DNA from: Candidatus Peribacteria bacterium | GTDB lineage: Bacteria > Patescibacteriota > Gracilibacteria > UBA1369 > LOWO2-01-FULL-3 | Assembly (NCBI GenBank): GCA_943357285.1 | Contig: CALRGJ010000003.1 | Coordinates: 2,013-66,012 of the forward strand | Reading direction: 5' to 3' | DNA length: 64,000 nucleotides | In this document: positions 28,919-39,258 of the stretch, in pieces | Layout of the letters: each line of letters opens with the position of its first letter | Position numbering within the stretch: position 1 is the stretch's first letter | Made by a program: the position numbers and the translations under genes | Notes under the pieces: model-generated | What the model saw: only the letters and a program-made list of their open reading frames with translations | The model's database searches: none | What the model was told of the DNA's origin: nothing

Positions 28919-30307
28919 ATGGGTGGAGAAGTTGGAAATAGAGATAGGGTGATTGAGGATATTATTTCTACTAGGTTGAAGCCGGATTCAGATAGGCAGC
29001 CTTATTTTGTGCTTCCCACTAATGGAGGTCTTGAGGGAGCCGATTTATCACAGATTTTGGATGGAGAAGTAATTGAACGTTTGTCTTCTACAAGAATGAG
29101 TGTCTTGAGACAGATGGGATGGGACGGGGATGCTGTTATGAGAGGCTTGGGTGATGGAAGTTTATCTAGGTTTTTTCAGGCGGATCTTTTGAAATTATTG
29201 GATAGAAATAAGGCTTGTTTAGGTATAACGGGAGGTGGTGATTGTGCTGGAATATCTGATTGTTTGGCTTCGTTTGCTCAAAATTTGAGTAGAGATAAAG
29301 TGATGCTTGGTGTGCAAAATGCTAGTGAGGGTTTAGCTCTGCATCCTGATCTTTTTCCTAATAATTTGATTTTAGTTGATAGTTTAGTGCGTGCTGATAT
29401 GGTTGGTCGTGGCAGTACTCCATTTGGATCTGCTCGTTTGAATGCTTTCGATAATGATGCTCAGAATGTTTTGGATAATGTTAGATACTTTGGTGCTGTT
29501 TATGGAACTGGTGGAAATGGGGGGTTGGCGATGTTAGAAAGAATTGCTAAAGAATTTCCTGAAAGGTGTGTGGTCGGAACTTTTAAGAGTATTGATGGTG
29601 ATGGTTTGATTGATGGTAGGCCTACGCAAATGCTTGGTTTTAATACTGCTGTTCGTGCAAATAGACATGCAGTTTATGATATTGCTCAGAGCGCATTTGC
29701 TCATGGTACGGTGGATGTGGTGGAGGTGTTTGGGCGAAATTATGGCAGGTTAGCCTTTGAGTCTGCACGTCACGATAATTTGGCCGTGGCAGATGAAGGT
29801 AGAGATTTAAGGAGGAAAATAGAGGAGCTTGGTCAGATTATGCTTATTTTAATTCCAGAGAAGCCCGCTTCAATGAGAGATGTAGCTGCAGAAGTTCTTG
29901 AAAGAAAAAAAGAGTTTGGTAGTTGTGTTGTAGTTGTTGCTGAGGGTTTTATCCCGACAGATTATTCTAATGGTTCTCATAGTAAAGTTAGTGATCATAT
30001 TGCTGATGGATTAAAGCAGTTTGCTGGTTTAAATAAAGTTAATGTTACTACTCAAACTCGTCAGGCAAGAGGTACAAGGCCTTCATATTATGATAAAATG
30101 ATGGGTTTGAGGATTGGAAATAAGATGGCTGAATTGGTGAATGAAGGAGTGGTGGGTGGAAAGGCTGTGGTTTATTTTGAAGGTGTTGATGCGATGCAAA
30201 ATGATCCAGAGGTAGTGGATTTGCATGGTGTTTCTCAAGGTAGTACGTTATTGAGTCTTCATTCTGATGAAGTATTAAGGAAAGGTGGAGTGTTTTGGAA
30301 GGATTGA
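28919..30307 (+). CDS. Divergent phosphofructokinase-family (PFK, PF00365-like) protein with N-terminal extension
   Basis: Blocks align to PFK: 'GITGGGDCAG' (GGDAPG), 'RGSTPFGSAR', 'GTGGNGG' (GGDG), 'FKSIDGDG' (TIDND), 'VVEVFGRNYGRLAF' (VEVMGR), 'VVVVAEGF'. Confidence 0.6.
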   Translation: MGGEVGNRDRVIEDIISTRLKPDSDRQPYFVLPTNGGLEGADLSQILDGEVIERLSSTRMSVLRQMGWDGDAVMRGLGDGSLSRFFQADLLKLLDRNKACLGITGGGDCAGISDCLASFAQNLSRDKVMLGVQNASEGLALHPDLFPNNLILVDSLVRADMVGRGSTPFGSARLNAFDNDAQNVLDNVRYFGAVYGTGGNGGLAMLERIAKEFPERCVVGTFKSIDGDGLIDGRPTQMLGFNTAVRANRHAVYDIAQSAFAHGTVDVVEVFGRNYGRLAFESARHDNLAVADEGRDLRRKIEELGQIMLILIPEKPASMRDVAAEVLERKKEFGSCVVVVAEGFIPTDYSNGSHSKVSDHIADGLKQFAGLNKVNVTTQTRQARGTRPSYYDKMMGLRIGNKMAELVNEGVVGGKAVVYFEGVDAMQNDPEVVDLHGVSQGSTLLSLHSDEVLRKGGVFWKD

Positions 30308-30328
30308 TTAATGTGTTAAATTGGTTTC

Positions 30329-31177
30329 ATGCTAATAGATACACACGCACATATAATGTTTCCGGAGTTTGATGAAGATAGAAAAGATGTTATTGAACGT
30401 GCAATGGATGCGGGATTGGAGAGGATTGTTTGTGTGGGGTGTGGGGCTGCGTCTTCCGAGGCGGCAGTAAAAATGGCGAAAGAAGATAAAGATGGTTTTT
30501 TGTATGCGACTGTTGGGCTTCATCCCTATGATGCGATGGATGTGACTGATGGGCTTTTGGCAGAATGGGAGAAATGGATTGTGGCGGACAAGGAAAGTGG
30601 TGCGCGAAAAATTATTGCAATTGGGGAAACTGGTTTGGATTATTTTAAATCTAAAGTCGATCCTGAAAAACAGAAATTTTCTTTTAAAAAACATATAGAA
30701 TTGGCGGTGAAAATGGGACTGCCGGTGATTGTACATAATCGTTCGGCGGATGAGGATTGTTTAGGGTTGTTGAAAGAGTTTAGTAGGGGTGGAGAGTTGT
30801 ATAAAAAAATTGTTCAAGATTGTGGTTGTGATGGAGAAAATATGATTGAACCTGTGAAGGCAGTTTTCCATTGTTATGGTTCTACTTTGGAATTTGCCCG
30901 CAAAGTTTGGGAGGCAGGATTTATGACTTCATTTACAGGAATTATTACTTATCCGAGTGCGAAGGAATTAAGGGAAGTGGTGAAGGAAGTCCCTTTAGAT
31001 AAGTTCATGGTGGAGACAGATTGTCCTTATTTGGCGCCACAAGGACATAGAGGAAAGAGAAATGAACCATCCTATGTGGTGGAAACTGCCGAGAAGATTG
31101 CGGAAGTGAAAGGTATGGGTCTAAGTGATGTGGAAAAACAGGTGATGGAAAATACCAAAAAGTTTTTTGGATTTTAG
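30329..31177 (+). CDS. tatD: TatD family metal-dependent hydrolase/DNase
   Basis: 'LIDTHAHI', 'IGETGLDY', 'PVIVHNRSA', 'METDCPYLAP'. Confidence 0.9.
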   Translation: MLIDTHAHIMFPEFDEDRKDVIERAMDAGLERIVCVGCGAASSEAAVKMAKEDKDGFLYATVGLHPYDAMDVTDGLLAEWEKWIVADKESGARKIIAIGETGLDYFKSKVDPEKQKFSFKKHIELAVKMGLPVIVHNRSADEDCLGLLKEFSRGGELYKKIVQDCGCDGENMIEPVKAVFHCYGSTLEFARKVWEAGFMTSFTGIITYPSAKELREVVKEVPLDKFMVETDCPYLAPQGHRGKRNEPSYVVETAEKIAEVKGMGLSDVEKQVMENTKKFFGF

Positions 31178-32502
31178 TTTAGATTTCTTAGTGCGGTCTG
31201 AATTTCTTTGTGTGTGGCTGGGCTGACTATGTCTTTGAATCCTAGTTTTTCGGCTTCTTTTAGACGTTTCTCGTGATGAATTACTTTGCGAAGTTCACCG
31301 GAAAGTCCGACTTCGCCGAAGATTGCGCTGGTCTGTGGTAAAGGTTTTTTGAGATAAGAAGAAGCTATAGCCATGAGTACGGCTAAATCTGCAGCAGGTT
31401 CGCTGAGTTTTATTCCTCCAACAACATTAATGAAAACGTCCTGATTTTGGAGATTGAATTTGGCGTATTTTTCAAGTACGGCGATAAGAATTTGTAGACG
31501 ATTTAAATCAAAACCATTAGCTGTGCGTTTAGGAAAGCCAAATGAACTGGTGGAAGCGAGGGCTTGTACTTCTACAAGAAATGGTCTGGTGCCCTCCATG
31601 GCGACGGTAATTGCCGAGCCGATGGCATTTTGTTTACGACCTTCAAGAAATTGTTGTGAGGGATTTTTAATTTCTGTCAGACCATCTTCAGTCATTTCGA
31701 AAATTCCAACTTCTGAACAAGGTCCAAAACGATTTTTATTAGCTCTGAGAAGTCTGAATTGCTGAAATCTATCTCCTTCAAAAAGGAGAACAGTATCTAC
31801 TAAGTGTTCCAAAACTTTAGGGCCAGCTAGTGTGCCGTCTTTGGTGACGTGACCGATAAGAATAACTGGTGTATTGGTAGTTTTGGCGACTTCTAGTAGG
31901 CGTTCAGTGCAGTATCGTACTTGCGTAATTGATCCGGCTGATCCAGGGAAATCCATGCTAGAAATTACTTGAATTGAATCAATAATTATCAGTCCTGGTT
32001 TTTCAGCATCGATAGTTTCAAGAATTGTCTCTAGGTTATATTCGTTGAGCGCTAATAAATTTTTTTCATTCAGCTTTAATCGTCCAGCGCGACCGGCAAT
32101 TTGCTCTACTGATTCTTCTCCGGATACTAAGAGAACTTTGATTTTCTTTGCTAAGTTATTTGCTACCTGAAGAGTAAGTGTGGATTTACCAATTCCAGGT
32201 TCTCCACTTAAAAGAATCATACTTCCTGGTACTATTCCGTCTCCTATGACTCTATCGAATTCTTCTATATCGCTTAAAAGTCTGATTGTTTTAGTTTGTC
32301 CGCTTAATTCTAAAGAAGTAGGGGATCTAGCTCCTGCTTTTGCGGATCTTGGTGTTCTTGAAATGCTACCTTTTTCCGGTTTACCTACGTTTATTACGTC
32401 TTCGGCAAAGCTGTTCCAGGTATTGCACTCTGGACATTGGCCAATCCATTTTGAGCTTTCGTATTGGCAAGAATTGCAGATGTAAACGGTCTTTAGTTTC
32501 AT
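31174..32502 (-). CDS. radA: DNA repair protein RadA/Sms
   Basis: Zinc finger 'YICNSCQYESSKWIGQCPECNTWNSF', Walker A 'GEPGIGKSTL', 'KNRFG' motif, Lon-like C-terminal domain. Confidence 0.95.
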   Translation of the reverse strand: MKLKTVYICNSCQYESSKWIGQCPECNTWNSFAEDVINVGKPEKGSISRTPRSAKAGARSPTSLELSGQTKTIRLLSDIEEFDRVIGDGIVPGSMILLSGEPGIGKSTLTLQVANNLAKKIKVLLVSGEESVEQIAGRAGRLKLNEKNLLALNEYNLETILETIDAEKPGLIIIDSIQVISSMDFPGSAGSITQVRYCTERLLEVAKTTNTPVILIGHVTKDGTLAGPKVLEHLVDTVLLFEGDRFQQFRLLRANKNRFGPCSEVGIFEMTEDGLTEIKNPSQQFLEGRKQNAIGSAITVAMEGTRPFLVEVQALASTSSFGFPKRTANGFDLNRLQILIAVLEKYAKFNLQNQDVFINVVGGIKLSEPAADLAVLMAIASSYLKKPLPQTSAIFGEVGLSGELRKVIHHEKRLKEAEKLGFKDIVSPATHKEIQTALRNLN

Positions 32503-32542
32503 GCCGCAAGTATAGGTGAGCGTACGCTCACCGTCAAGAGAT

Positions 32543-33667
32543 TTATTGTGCTTTGTAGATTTTTTCGTATTCTTCAGCCATTTTTTTCGCTTCGAATTTT
32601 TCGTGCACTAGTTTCTCTCCGGCATTGGATAGTTTTTGGCGTTTTTCTGGATGAGAGATTAGATCAATGAGTGCAGCAGCAATTCCTTTATAATTTTCTG
32701 GTTCTACTAAAACACCTGTGTTTTTGATGACTTCTGGAATTCCTCCGGTTTCGCTGGCTATGACTGGTAAGTTGCTAATCATGGCTTCCAAAAGAACTAA
32801 CCCGAAAGCTTCGCGTAGTGATGGAAGTACGAAAATATCGGTGCATTTTAATAATTTTGGAATTTCTTTTTGGCGACCTGTTAGAATTACGTGATTTTCG
32901 ACTCCAAGTTTTTTGATTTCTTTTTCGAGTTCTCCACGTTCTGGTCCTTCTCCTACAATCACTAATTTTATGTTTGCGAATTTTTTACTAACTTCCGGAA
33001 TTGCTTCAATTAAGAATTTTAGACCTTTTCGTTCGTGAAGTTCCGCCACGCTGATTATTATCAAAGAATCTTCATGTGCGAGAAATAATTCCTCTTTTAC
33101 TTTTTTTCGGTCTAGATCTGTAAAACGTAATGACTGAGAATGCCACCAAGTAGTGTCTATGCCGTTGGGAATTACTACAAATTTTTCTTTAAATTCAGGA
33201 TATAATTTTTTTAGAACTTTTTGATTTGCAGAGGAAACTGTCACTACGATATTTGTTGCTTTCAGACTTCTTTTTTTAATGAAATCTTTGAGAATGGAAA
33301 GTTTGAAAGGATCGTGTTCGGTGGTGATGATAGGAGTTTTAGTGCTAGTGGCTGCACTAAAAGCATATCGACAACTTGCCGGATTCCAAACGTGAGCGTG
33401 TACCAAGTCAATTTTTTCTTCTTTAATTATGCGACGAAGTTCTATGAAGTGCTTGGGATCGTGTTTGTGTTTTACGTCTATTCTAATCACTTTTATCCCT
33501 TCTTTATGGAAATTGTCGCACCATCGATCAAGTTCCTTGTAATTACTACAAGCCAAGATCGGCGTAAATTCGTTTTTGTCTAAAAATTTTGCTAACAGGA
33601 ACATTTGAAGTTCCGCACCTCCAACTTGTGGAGTATCTGTATAGATTAGGATGTTTTTCACTTGCAC
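32543..33667 (-). CDS. Glycosyltransferase family 4 (GT-B fold)
   Basis: 'GGAELQ' N-terminus and the C-terminal 'PSLREAFGLVLLEAM' E-x7-E region. Confidence 0.8.
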   Translation of the reverse strand: MQVKNILIYTDTPQVGGAELQMFLLAKFLDKNEFTPILACSNYKELDRWCDNFHKEGIKVIRIDVKHKHDPKHFIELRRIIKEEKIDLVHAHVWNPASCRYAFSAATSTKTPIITTEHDPFKLSILKDFIKKRSLKATNIVVTVSSANQKVLKKLYPEFKEKFVVIPNGIDTTWWHSQSLRFTDLDRKKVKEELFLAHEDSLIIISVAELHERKGLKFLIEAIPEVSKKFANIKLVIVGEGPERGELEKEIKKLGVENHVILTGRQKEIPKLLKCTDIFVLPSLREAFGLVLLEAMISNLPVIASETGGIPEVIKNTGVLVEPENYKGIAAALIDLISHPEKRQKLSNAGEKLVHEKFEAKKMAEEYEKIYKAQ

Positions 33668-33751
33668 AGTATAGCAGGTGATAGGATTGTGGGAAGGCTT
33701 TGACTTATTCAGCGATTAATGTTTTAATATATGCTATTTTTTTGTATATTT

Positions 33752-34477
33752 ATGGAAGATCTTTTGTCAGGATTTAGTGAGTCAGTTGATGTTAATCGTG
33801 CAAAGGCAGAGGAATTTTTAGATGAAGGAGTGATTCGTGATATAGAACGTTCTACTGAGATGGAATCTGATAAGGTTCAGGCTGCAGTTTGGACGAGAGT
33901 AGCTAGGACTCTTAGAACAATGAGTGATGACTTTAAAGAGCCAGAGAGAAAATCTCTTGTTGACCATACTTTGGCGATGATGGGCGGTGGTCTGGATTTT
34001 CAAGTAATTCCGCGTCAATCTTGGATTTACCCAGATGGACATAGAAGAGAGGGGGATTTTTATATGTTTGCGCGTGGTCCGGTTTATTTTGGGGAAGTGA
34101 TGTTAAAATATGCTTATGATGTTCAGGCTAGAAAACCATATTGTCTTATTGATCACATTCAGGGTATTCAGCAGAATGAATATCCTGATACAAAAGGTTT
34201 TTTTGGCGTTAATGTTTTGGAGGGAATGGCTTCGTATGTAATTGAAAAATCTAGAGGTTTAATTGATGATGGTTGGTGGTTGGCTTTGAAAGCCGAGACA
34301 CTTCCTATGTCGAGAATGGCTGCTCCTTATTCAAAGGGAGTTAAAGATAGATTTTTTGATTCTAAATCACGAGATGTAGAATTAAAGTCTACTACTCTTC
34401 CAGGCGTTGCTTTGCGTACTTCTATTTATGATTTAAATCCTAATCGAAGAAGGGTGCAGGAACTTTTAGGAAATTAG
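33752..34477 (+). CDS. Hypothetical protein
   Basis: ORF of about 241 aa from ATG 33752 (track start 33731). A TTGACT-17-TTTAAT promoter-like site ends near 33722. No recognisable motif. Confidence 0.45.
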   Translation: MEDLLSGFSESVDVNRAKAEEFLDEGVIRDIERSTEMESDKVQAAVWTRVARTLRTMSDDFKEPERKSLVDHTLAMMGGGLDFQVIPRQSWIYPDGHRREGDFYMFARGPVYFGEVMLKYAYDVQARKPYCLIDHIQGIQQNEYPDTKGFFGVNVLEGMASYVIEKSRGLIDDGWWLALKAETLPMSRMAAPYSKGVKDRFFDSKSRDVELKSTTLPGVALRTSIYDLNPNRRRVQELLGN

Positions 34478-34545
34478 TGATTGGAAATTATTGTATATGA
34501 AGGAGAAAACGGTTATTATGATTGTTGTTTTATAACCCTTTTCCT

Positions 34546-36390
34546 ATGTCTCTTCCTTCTCTAATTGATGTCTCTGAATTTACGGCCAGAACTATTCGCC
34601 GTTTCACTATTTCGGTGCTTGCAGCCTATGTGGCGACTATTTTGGCGGTGATTGCAAATCATTATAGTTATGATCAGGTTAATGATTTGTTTCCTTATAT
34701 CATGACTTGTTTCTTTGCTTTTCCTCTGGCTTTGGCTGTAGATGTTTTTATGGAGTCAAAAAGAATTGGAGCGATTGGAAGATTTTTTTCCAGAGTTGTT
34801 GTCCTTGGTGTGATTGGTGCGGCTTATTATTTTGTTTTCAAGGATTTAAAGGAGAGTTTTGGAATTGATGGTTTGAGATCATTTTTAATGTTTTTGTCTG
34901 CAACTGTGTTGGTTTTTATTGCACCGTTTTTTTGTCGCGATAAAGCTAATGCTTTTTGGCAATTTGCGATTGCAATCGTTGTGAGATTTTTTCAAACCGT
35001 TGTTTATTTTGGAATCCTTTATTTGGGAATAGTCCTTTTGATTGAATCTGTTAATTATCTTTTTCAATTAAATCTAAGTGGCGAATATTTTGGAGATGCT
35101 TGGTTTATTATTACTGGAATTTTTGCTTCTGTTTATGGTCTTTCAGGTGTTCCGGCCAATTTCAAGAGCCTTGATCAAACTACTTCATATCCTAAATTTT
35201 TGCGTGTTTTGACTGAGTACTTTTTGGTGCCGTTGGTATCTCTATATTTGATTGTTTTATACGCTTATAGTGCAAAAATTTTGTTTACTTGGAATTGGCC
35301 ACTTGGGGGAGTAGCTTCATGGATTATGGGCTTTTCTGCAGTGGGTGTTGTTACTTATTTCTTGATTCATTCAGTTAAGGAAAAGTTTTTGAGCTATGTG
35401 GAATTTTACAAGAAGTGGTTTTTTGTAGCTCTTCTTCCTTTGCTTGTGGTTTTGGCTCTTTCTATCTGGATGAGAATTCAAAATTATGGCGTTACTGAAG
35501 AAAGATATTTTGTTGTGGTTTTTGGTATTTGGGCTTTGATAATGGCAATTTTCTATTTAATTTCTCGTTCCAAAAATTTGAAGTTCATGGCGGCTTCTTT
35601 GTTTGTAATTATTTTGTTTACAATGTATGGACCGCAAAGTGTTTTTGAATTGCCAAAGACTAGCCAGTTGGCGCGTTTGGAAACTATTTTGGTTAAATAC
35701 GGAATTCTTTTAGATGGAAAAGTGGTAAAAATTGACGATTCTAAATTAAGCCAAGATGATGGTTATGCCATTAACTCTATTATGACTTATCTTGCACAAA
35801 ATTATGGAGTGGAGGTTATGCAACCATGGTTTACTCAAAATTTAAGTGAAATTGGAACTCAGTATCCTGGAGATTACTGGAGTAAAGTACAGACTATTGA
35901 GCAAGACTATATGGGTATTGATGTCAGCAAGTTTTATGGACCATATGGGTATATGGGTAATTCTAGTTATAGAAATTTTAGTGTAAATGCAGAGATTTGT
36001 CAGTCAAGTAAGAGTATTTCTTATCCTTTAGGATGTCCGATTGATGTGGCGGGTTATAGTTATTATTTGCCAATGGATTTTTATGGAGGTGTTGGTTATG
36101 AGAGTCCTCATTTTAAGGGTGGAGGTCAGGAATATGTAGCTAATATGAAAGATGGGCAGGTCGTGGTGGTTCAAAATGTTAATACTTCTGAAATTTTATT
36201 TAATTTGAATGTGAAAGATTTAGCTGAAACTCTTGAGAAAAAATATTCTGTAACTTCCAATATCGCACCGGCTGATATGGTTGTTAACTTTGGAAAAGGA
36301 GTTTTTAGAATTTCCAATATAAACGCTTACTATGCTGATGGTAAATTTAAGAATTTTGAGAATGTGTCCGGGGCATTGTTATTTAAATAA
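34546..36390 (+). CDS. Polytopic membrane protein with C-terminal soluble domain (function unknown)
   Basis: About ten hydrophobic helices in the first 380 aa, followed by a non-membrane domain. ATG 34546 is preferred over TTG 34522, but the start is uncertain. Confidence 0.55.
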   Translation: MSLPSLIDVSEFTARTIRRFTISVLAAYVATILAVIANHYSYDQVNDLFPYIMTCFFAFPLALAVDVFMESKRIGAIGRFFSRVVVLGVIGAAYYFVFKDLKESFGIDGLRSFLMFLSATVLVFIAPFFCRDKANAFWQFAIAIVVRFFQTVVYFGILYLGIVLLIESVNYLFQLNLSGEYFGDAWFIITGIFASVYGLSGVPANFKSLDQTTSYPKFLRVLTEYFLVPLVSLYLIVLYAYSAKILFTWNWPLGGVASWIMGFSAVGVVTYFLIHSVKEKFLSYVEFYKKWFFVALLPLLVVLALSIWMRIQNYGVTEERYFVVVFGIWALIMAIFYLISRSKNLKFMAASLFVIILFTMYGPQSVFELPKTSQLARLETILVKYGILLDGKVVKIDDSKLSQDDGYAINSIMTYLAQNYGVEVMQPWFTQNLSEIGTQYPGDYWSKVQTIEQDYMGIDVSKFYGPYGYMGNSSYRNFSVNAEICQSSKSISYPLGCPIDVAGYSYYLPMDFYGGVGYESPHFKGGGQEYVANMKDGQVVVVQNVNTSEILFNLNVKDLAETLEKKYSVTSNIAPADMVVNFGKGVFRISNINAYYADGKFKNFENVSGALLFK

Positions 36391-36474
36391 TTGAAATTTT
36401 AAATTCTGCAAAAATCTTGCAAGGGGCATAAAATGGTGATAGTTTGCTCCTTGCAATTTTTACACAGGTTTCAT

Positions 36475-36550
36475 GGGGCAGTAGCTCAGCTGGTAGAGCA
36501 GCGCCCTCTTAAGGCGACGGTCCCGGGTTCGACCCCCGGCTGCCCCACCA
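36475..36550 (+). tRNA. tRNA-Lys (anticodon CTT), CCA encoded
   Basis: Cloverleaf folded by hand. Acceptor GGGGCAG/CTGCCCC, anticodon loop CTCTTAA, T-loop TTCGACC. Confidence 0.9.
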
Positions 36551-36602
36551 TGAAAAACACAGATCTTATCTTATTTGATGAGATTGATTATGCTTTTCTC
36601 CC

Positions 36603-36688
36603 GGGCAAGTGGTGAAATGGTAGACACGCAGTGTTCAGAACGCTGTGGGAGCAATCCTGTGAGGGTTCAAGTCCCTCTTTGCCCACCA
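36603..36688 (+). tRNA. tRNA-Leu (anticodon CAG), long variable arm, CCA encoded
   Basis: Acceptor GGGCAAG/TTTGCCC, anticodon loop TTCAGAA, variable arm TGGGAGCAATCCTGT, T-arm GAGGG-TTCAAGT-CCCTC. Confidence 0.88.
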
Positions 36689-36696
36689 GTAAATTG

Positions 36697-39258
36697 TTAA
36701 GAATTTTCTGCTGCGCTTTCCTTGATCATTTTAGCGAATTCTTTGTAGCCTTTTTTGCTTAAATGAATTCCGTCCGAATTTGCAAATTCAGGTTTTAATT
36801 CTGTACCATCTTCAGTGACTGTGTGTTTAGAAATATCCAGTAGAGTGTCTGGGCCATATTTTTGGCGTAGTTCATCATTAAATTTTCTAGTTACTTCTCC
36901 TTTGCCAACTGCTGGTTGGATTGTGGCAATTTTTACTTTTACGCCTTTGTTTACAAGGAATTCTTTGATTTTCTCATAGGCTCGTAGATTTTTTTCTACT
37001 GAGTTGTTGGCTGAGCTTAGACCGTTTACGGCTAGGCCTGCAATTACAATTTGTTTAGGCAATTTAAGCTGAGAAATTTTTGGCCAATAATCTTGTAGCT
37101 TTTGATAGAATCCTTCTGGGCCACTGCCTCCGATTCCGAAAAATCCTGTGTTTCCCAGAGAAATGGTATCTCTGATTCTATTCATTTGTACAGCGCTGCT
37201 GCTACCTAAAATCCAGCTATCCTGATTACTGCTAAGATTTATAATTCCGTTTTGAATTTTTTCTGAAATTTTTTCGTTATTGCTGCTTGATTGCTCGTTT
37301 GTGTTTGCACCTTCTTTGACTGCTCCAACGACCATTCTATCTAGAATTTTCGCACCTTCTCCTTTTAGATGTCCGTATTGAGCTGCGTATTCCGGGATAA
37401 TTGCTGTTCCATCAGAAGTAGTGGTGTACTTCGCAACATCTATACAGTTCTCACCATATGTTTTTCTTAATTCGTCATTGAATTTGCTTACTCCTTCTCC
37501 GTTTTTCTCGGAAGGTTGTACGGTTGTTACTGTTATTTTTGTACCTCTTGATTCTAGGAGTGTTTTTATCTTGGAATAGTTTTCGAGATTTTCTCTCACG
37601 CTGCTATCTGAATTGTTTAGTCCGTTTGCGGCCATACCCATCAAAATTACTTGTGGTGGAAATTTCAGGGCTTTAATTCTATCCCAATTTTCTACGAGTT
37701 TTTTGTAAAAGTTTCCTGAGTTTATTCCGACAACTCCAAAGAATCCTACGTTTTTTAATCCTAATTTATCTTTTGTTCCATTTAATCCAACAACGCTGCT
37801 GCTTCCGAAAATCCAAGCATCTTGGTTGCTTCTGAGTTTGATGATGCCTTTTCCATTTGCACCTTCTTTGCCATTGTCGATTCTTTCGGCGATTTCGTCT
37901 TGAGTGCTTACTACACGTTCACCAAACATTTTGAGAGCTGATTTTGAACGTGCTTGCATGGCACCATATACATCTCTAGGTCTTTCAATATATTTGGAGA
38001 AAACTGCTGCCAGCTCTGTTACAGTTGCACCAGCTTTTGCGCGAGCAATTAATACACGGCCAAATGATCCAAGAACTTCTCTTTCAATGATAGTTTTTGT
38101 ATTTGTGACCGGGTCTTGTCTTTCTTCTACGCTCATGTGATGACCTGCTCCATTTATGTTTAGTTGGAATAGTCCAATGCTGTTTCCGTGATCTCCAATT
38201 GCGGATGCATTCAGTCCTGATTCTTTGTAGGCGTTTACTATAGCGGCAGCAATGATTTTGGCTATTGCTTCATCTGAAAGTCCTTTTCCTTGCAACTTTT
38301 CTTTGAAAATATCTTCAATAATTTTTGCATTTTTTTTCTGAGAAGAATTTAGTGAAATTTTAATTTGTTCTACGACACTTTTACTTGGATCTAAATTTGC
38401 TTCGGTGTAGTAGACGTCTTGATCTTCCGTAGATCTTATTTCATTCTCATAATTTTTTTCGTTTTCTTCGCGTGTTTTTTCTTCCTCACCGAATTGACTG
38501 AGATATTTTTTTACAGCCTCGGGATTTTTGAAATCAGTTTCATCACCACTTAAAATGCGGAAACTATCTCCGGTATAGGTGTCCAAGTATCTATTGTTTT
38601 CATCCAAGAAGGCTAATCGTCCTGCATGCATTTGACGAGAGGGAACTACTCCACGATGAGCTTTAACGATGGTTCCATTAGATCTTTTTAGTAAAATTTC
38701 TTTTACATCTGGGTCTAATAAAATGTCTCCGAGTCCAACATTCATTTCGTGAGTACGACCTTTTTTGTCAGATCCCAAACGTTGATAGTTTAGGGTGTAC
38801 CAATCGTTAGCACCCTTGTCTGTGTATGCTTTGATACGTTTTGCTGTTTCTTCTTTTATATTTAAAGCTTGAGTGTTTTCATCTTCTTTTTCAGTTTTAG
38901 CTTTTAGAAGTCTTGATTTAAAACGAATTGTTTTAATGTCATTATCCTGAAGAGTTTTGAGGTCTTTTTCGGCATCAGCTTCTTTAATTGCTTCTGTCTT
39001 TTCAATGTAAGTTTTGTGAACTTTTCCGGCTGGGGTTTCATTGTCCTCTTTTGTTTCCGGTTTGGTCGTTTCTTCTTGAGCTTTTTTATCCGCTAAATCA
39101 GCACGTTCAGCTTTTTGTTCTGCAACTTGTTCTTTGCCTTCTGGCTCTCTTTTTTCTGCACGTGTTTCACTTTCGGCAGCCCTTGGAGCTTCTCCGGGTT
39201 TTTCGAAAACGAATCTATTGTTAAGAAACAAATTGTAGAATTTTTTTATCTTTATCAT
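36697..39258 (-). CDS. Multidomain putative cell-wall hydrolase: charged N-terminus, lysozyme/transglycosylase-like core, two tandem SGNH-like esterase domains
   Basis: 853 aa. 'AIGDHGNSIGLFQLN' resembles phage-tail-lysozyme/transglycosylase motifs. There are two repeats of 'FGSSS...GMAANGL...' and 'LGSSS...GLAVNGL...DGIHLSKKG' (SGNH blocks I, III and V). Confidence 0.45.
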   Translation of the reverse strand: MIKIKKFYNLFLNNRFVFEKPGEAPRAAESETRAEKREPEGKEQVAEQKAERADLADKKAQEETTKPETKEDNETPAGKVHKTYIEKTEAIKEADAEKDLKTLQDNDIKTIRFKSRLLKAKTEKEDENTQALNIKEETAKRIKAYTDKGANDWYTLNYQRLGSDKKGRTHEMNVGLGDILLDPDVKEILLKRSNGTIVKAHRGVVPSRQMHAGRLAFLDENNRYLDTYTGDSFRILSGDETDFKNPEAVKKYLSQFGEEEKTREENEKNYENEIRSTEDQDVYYTEANLDPSKSVVEQIKISLNSSQKKNAKIIEDIFKEKLQGKGLSDEAIAKIIAAAIVNAYKESGLNASAIGDHGNSIGLFQLNINGAGHHMSVEERQDPVTNTKTIIEREVLGSFGRVLIARAKAGATVTELAAVFSKYIERPRDVYGAMQARSKSALKMFGERVVSTQDEIAERIDNGKEGANGKGIIKLRSNQDAWIFGSSSVVGLNGTKDKLGLKNVGFFGVVGINSGNFYKKLVENWDRIKALKFPPQVILMGMAANGLNNSDSSVRENLENYSKIKTLLESRGTKITVTTVQPSEKNGEGVSKFNDELRKTYGENCIDVAKYTTTSDGTAIIPEYAAQYGHLKGEGAKILDRMVVGAVKEGANTNEQSSSNNEKISEKIQNGIINLSSNQDSWILGSSSAVQMNRIRDTISLGNTGFFGIGGSGPEGFYQKLQDYWPKISQLKLPKQIVIAGLAVNGLSSANNSVEKNLRAYEKIKEFLVNKGVKVKIATIQPAVGKGEVTRKFNDELRQKYGPDTLLDISKHTVTEDGTELKPEFANSDGIHLSKKGYKEFAKMIKESAAENS

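Noticed and set aside
36433-36615. 60-aa ORF spanning the tRNA-Lys and tRNA-Leu region.
   Set aside because: It overlaps two well-folding tRNA genes, so the reading frame is incidental.
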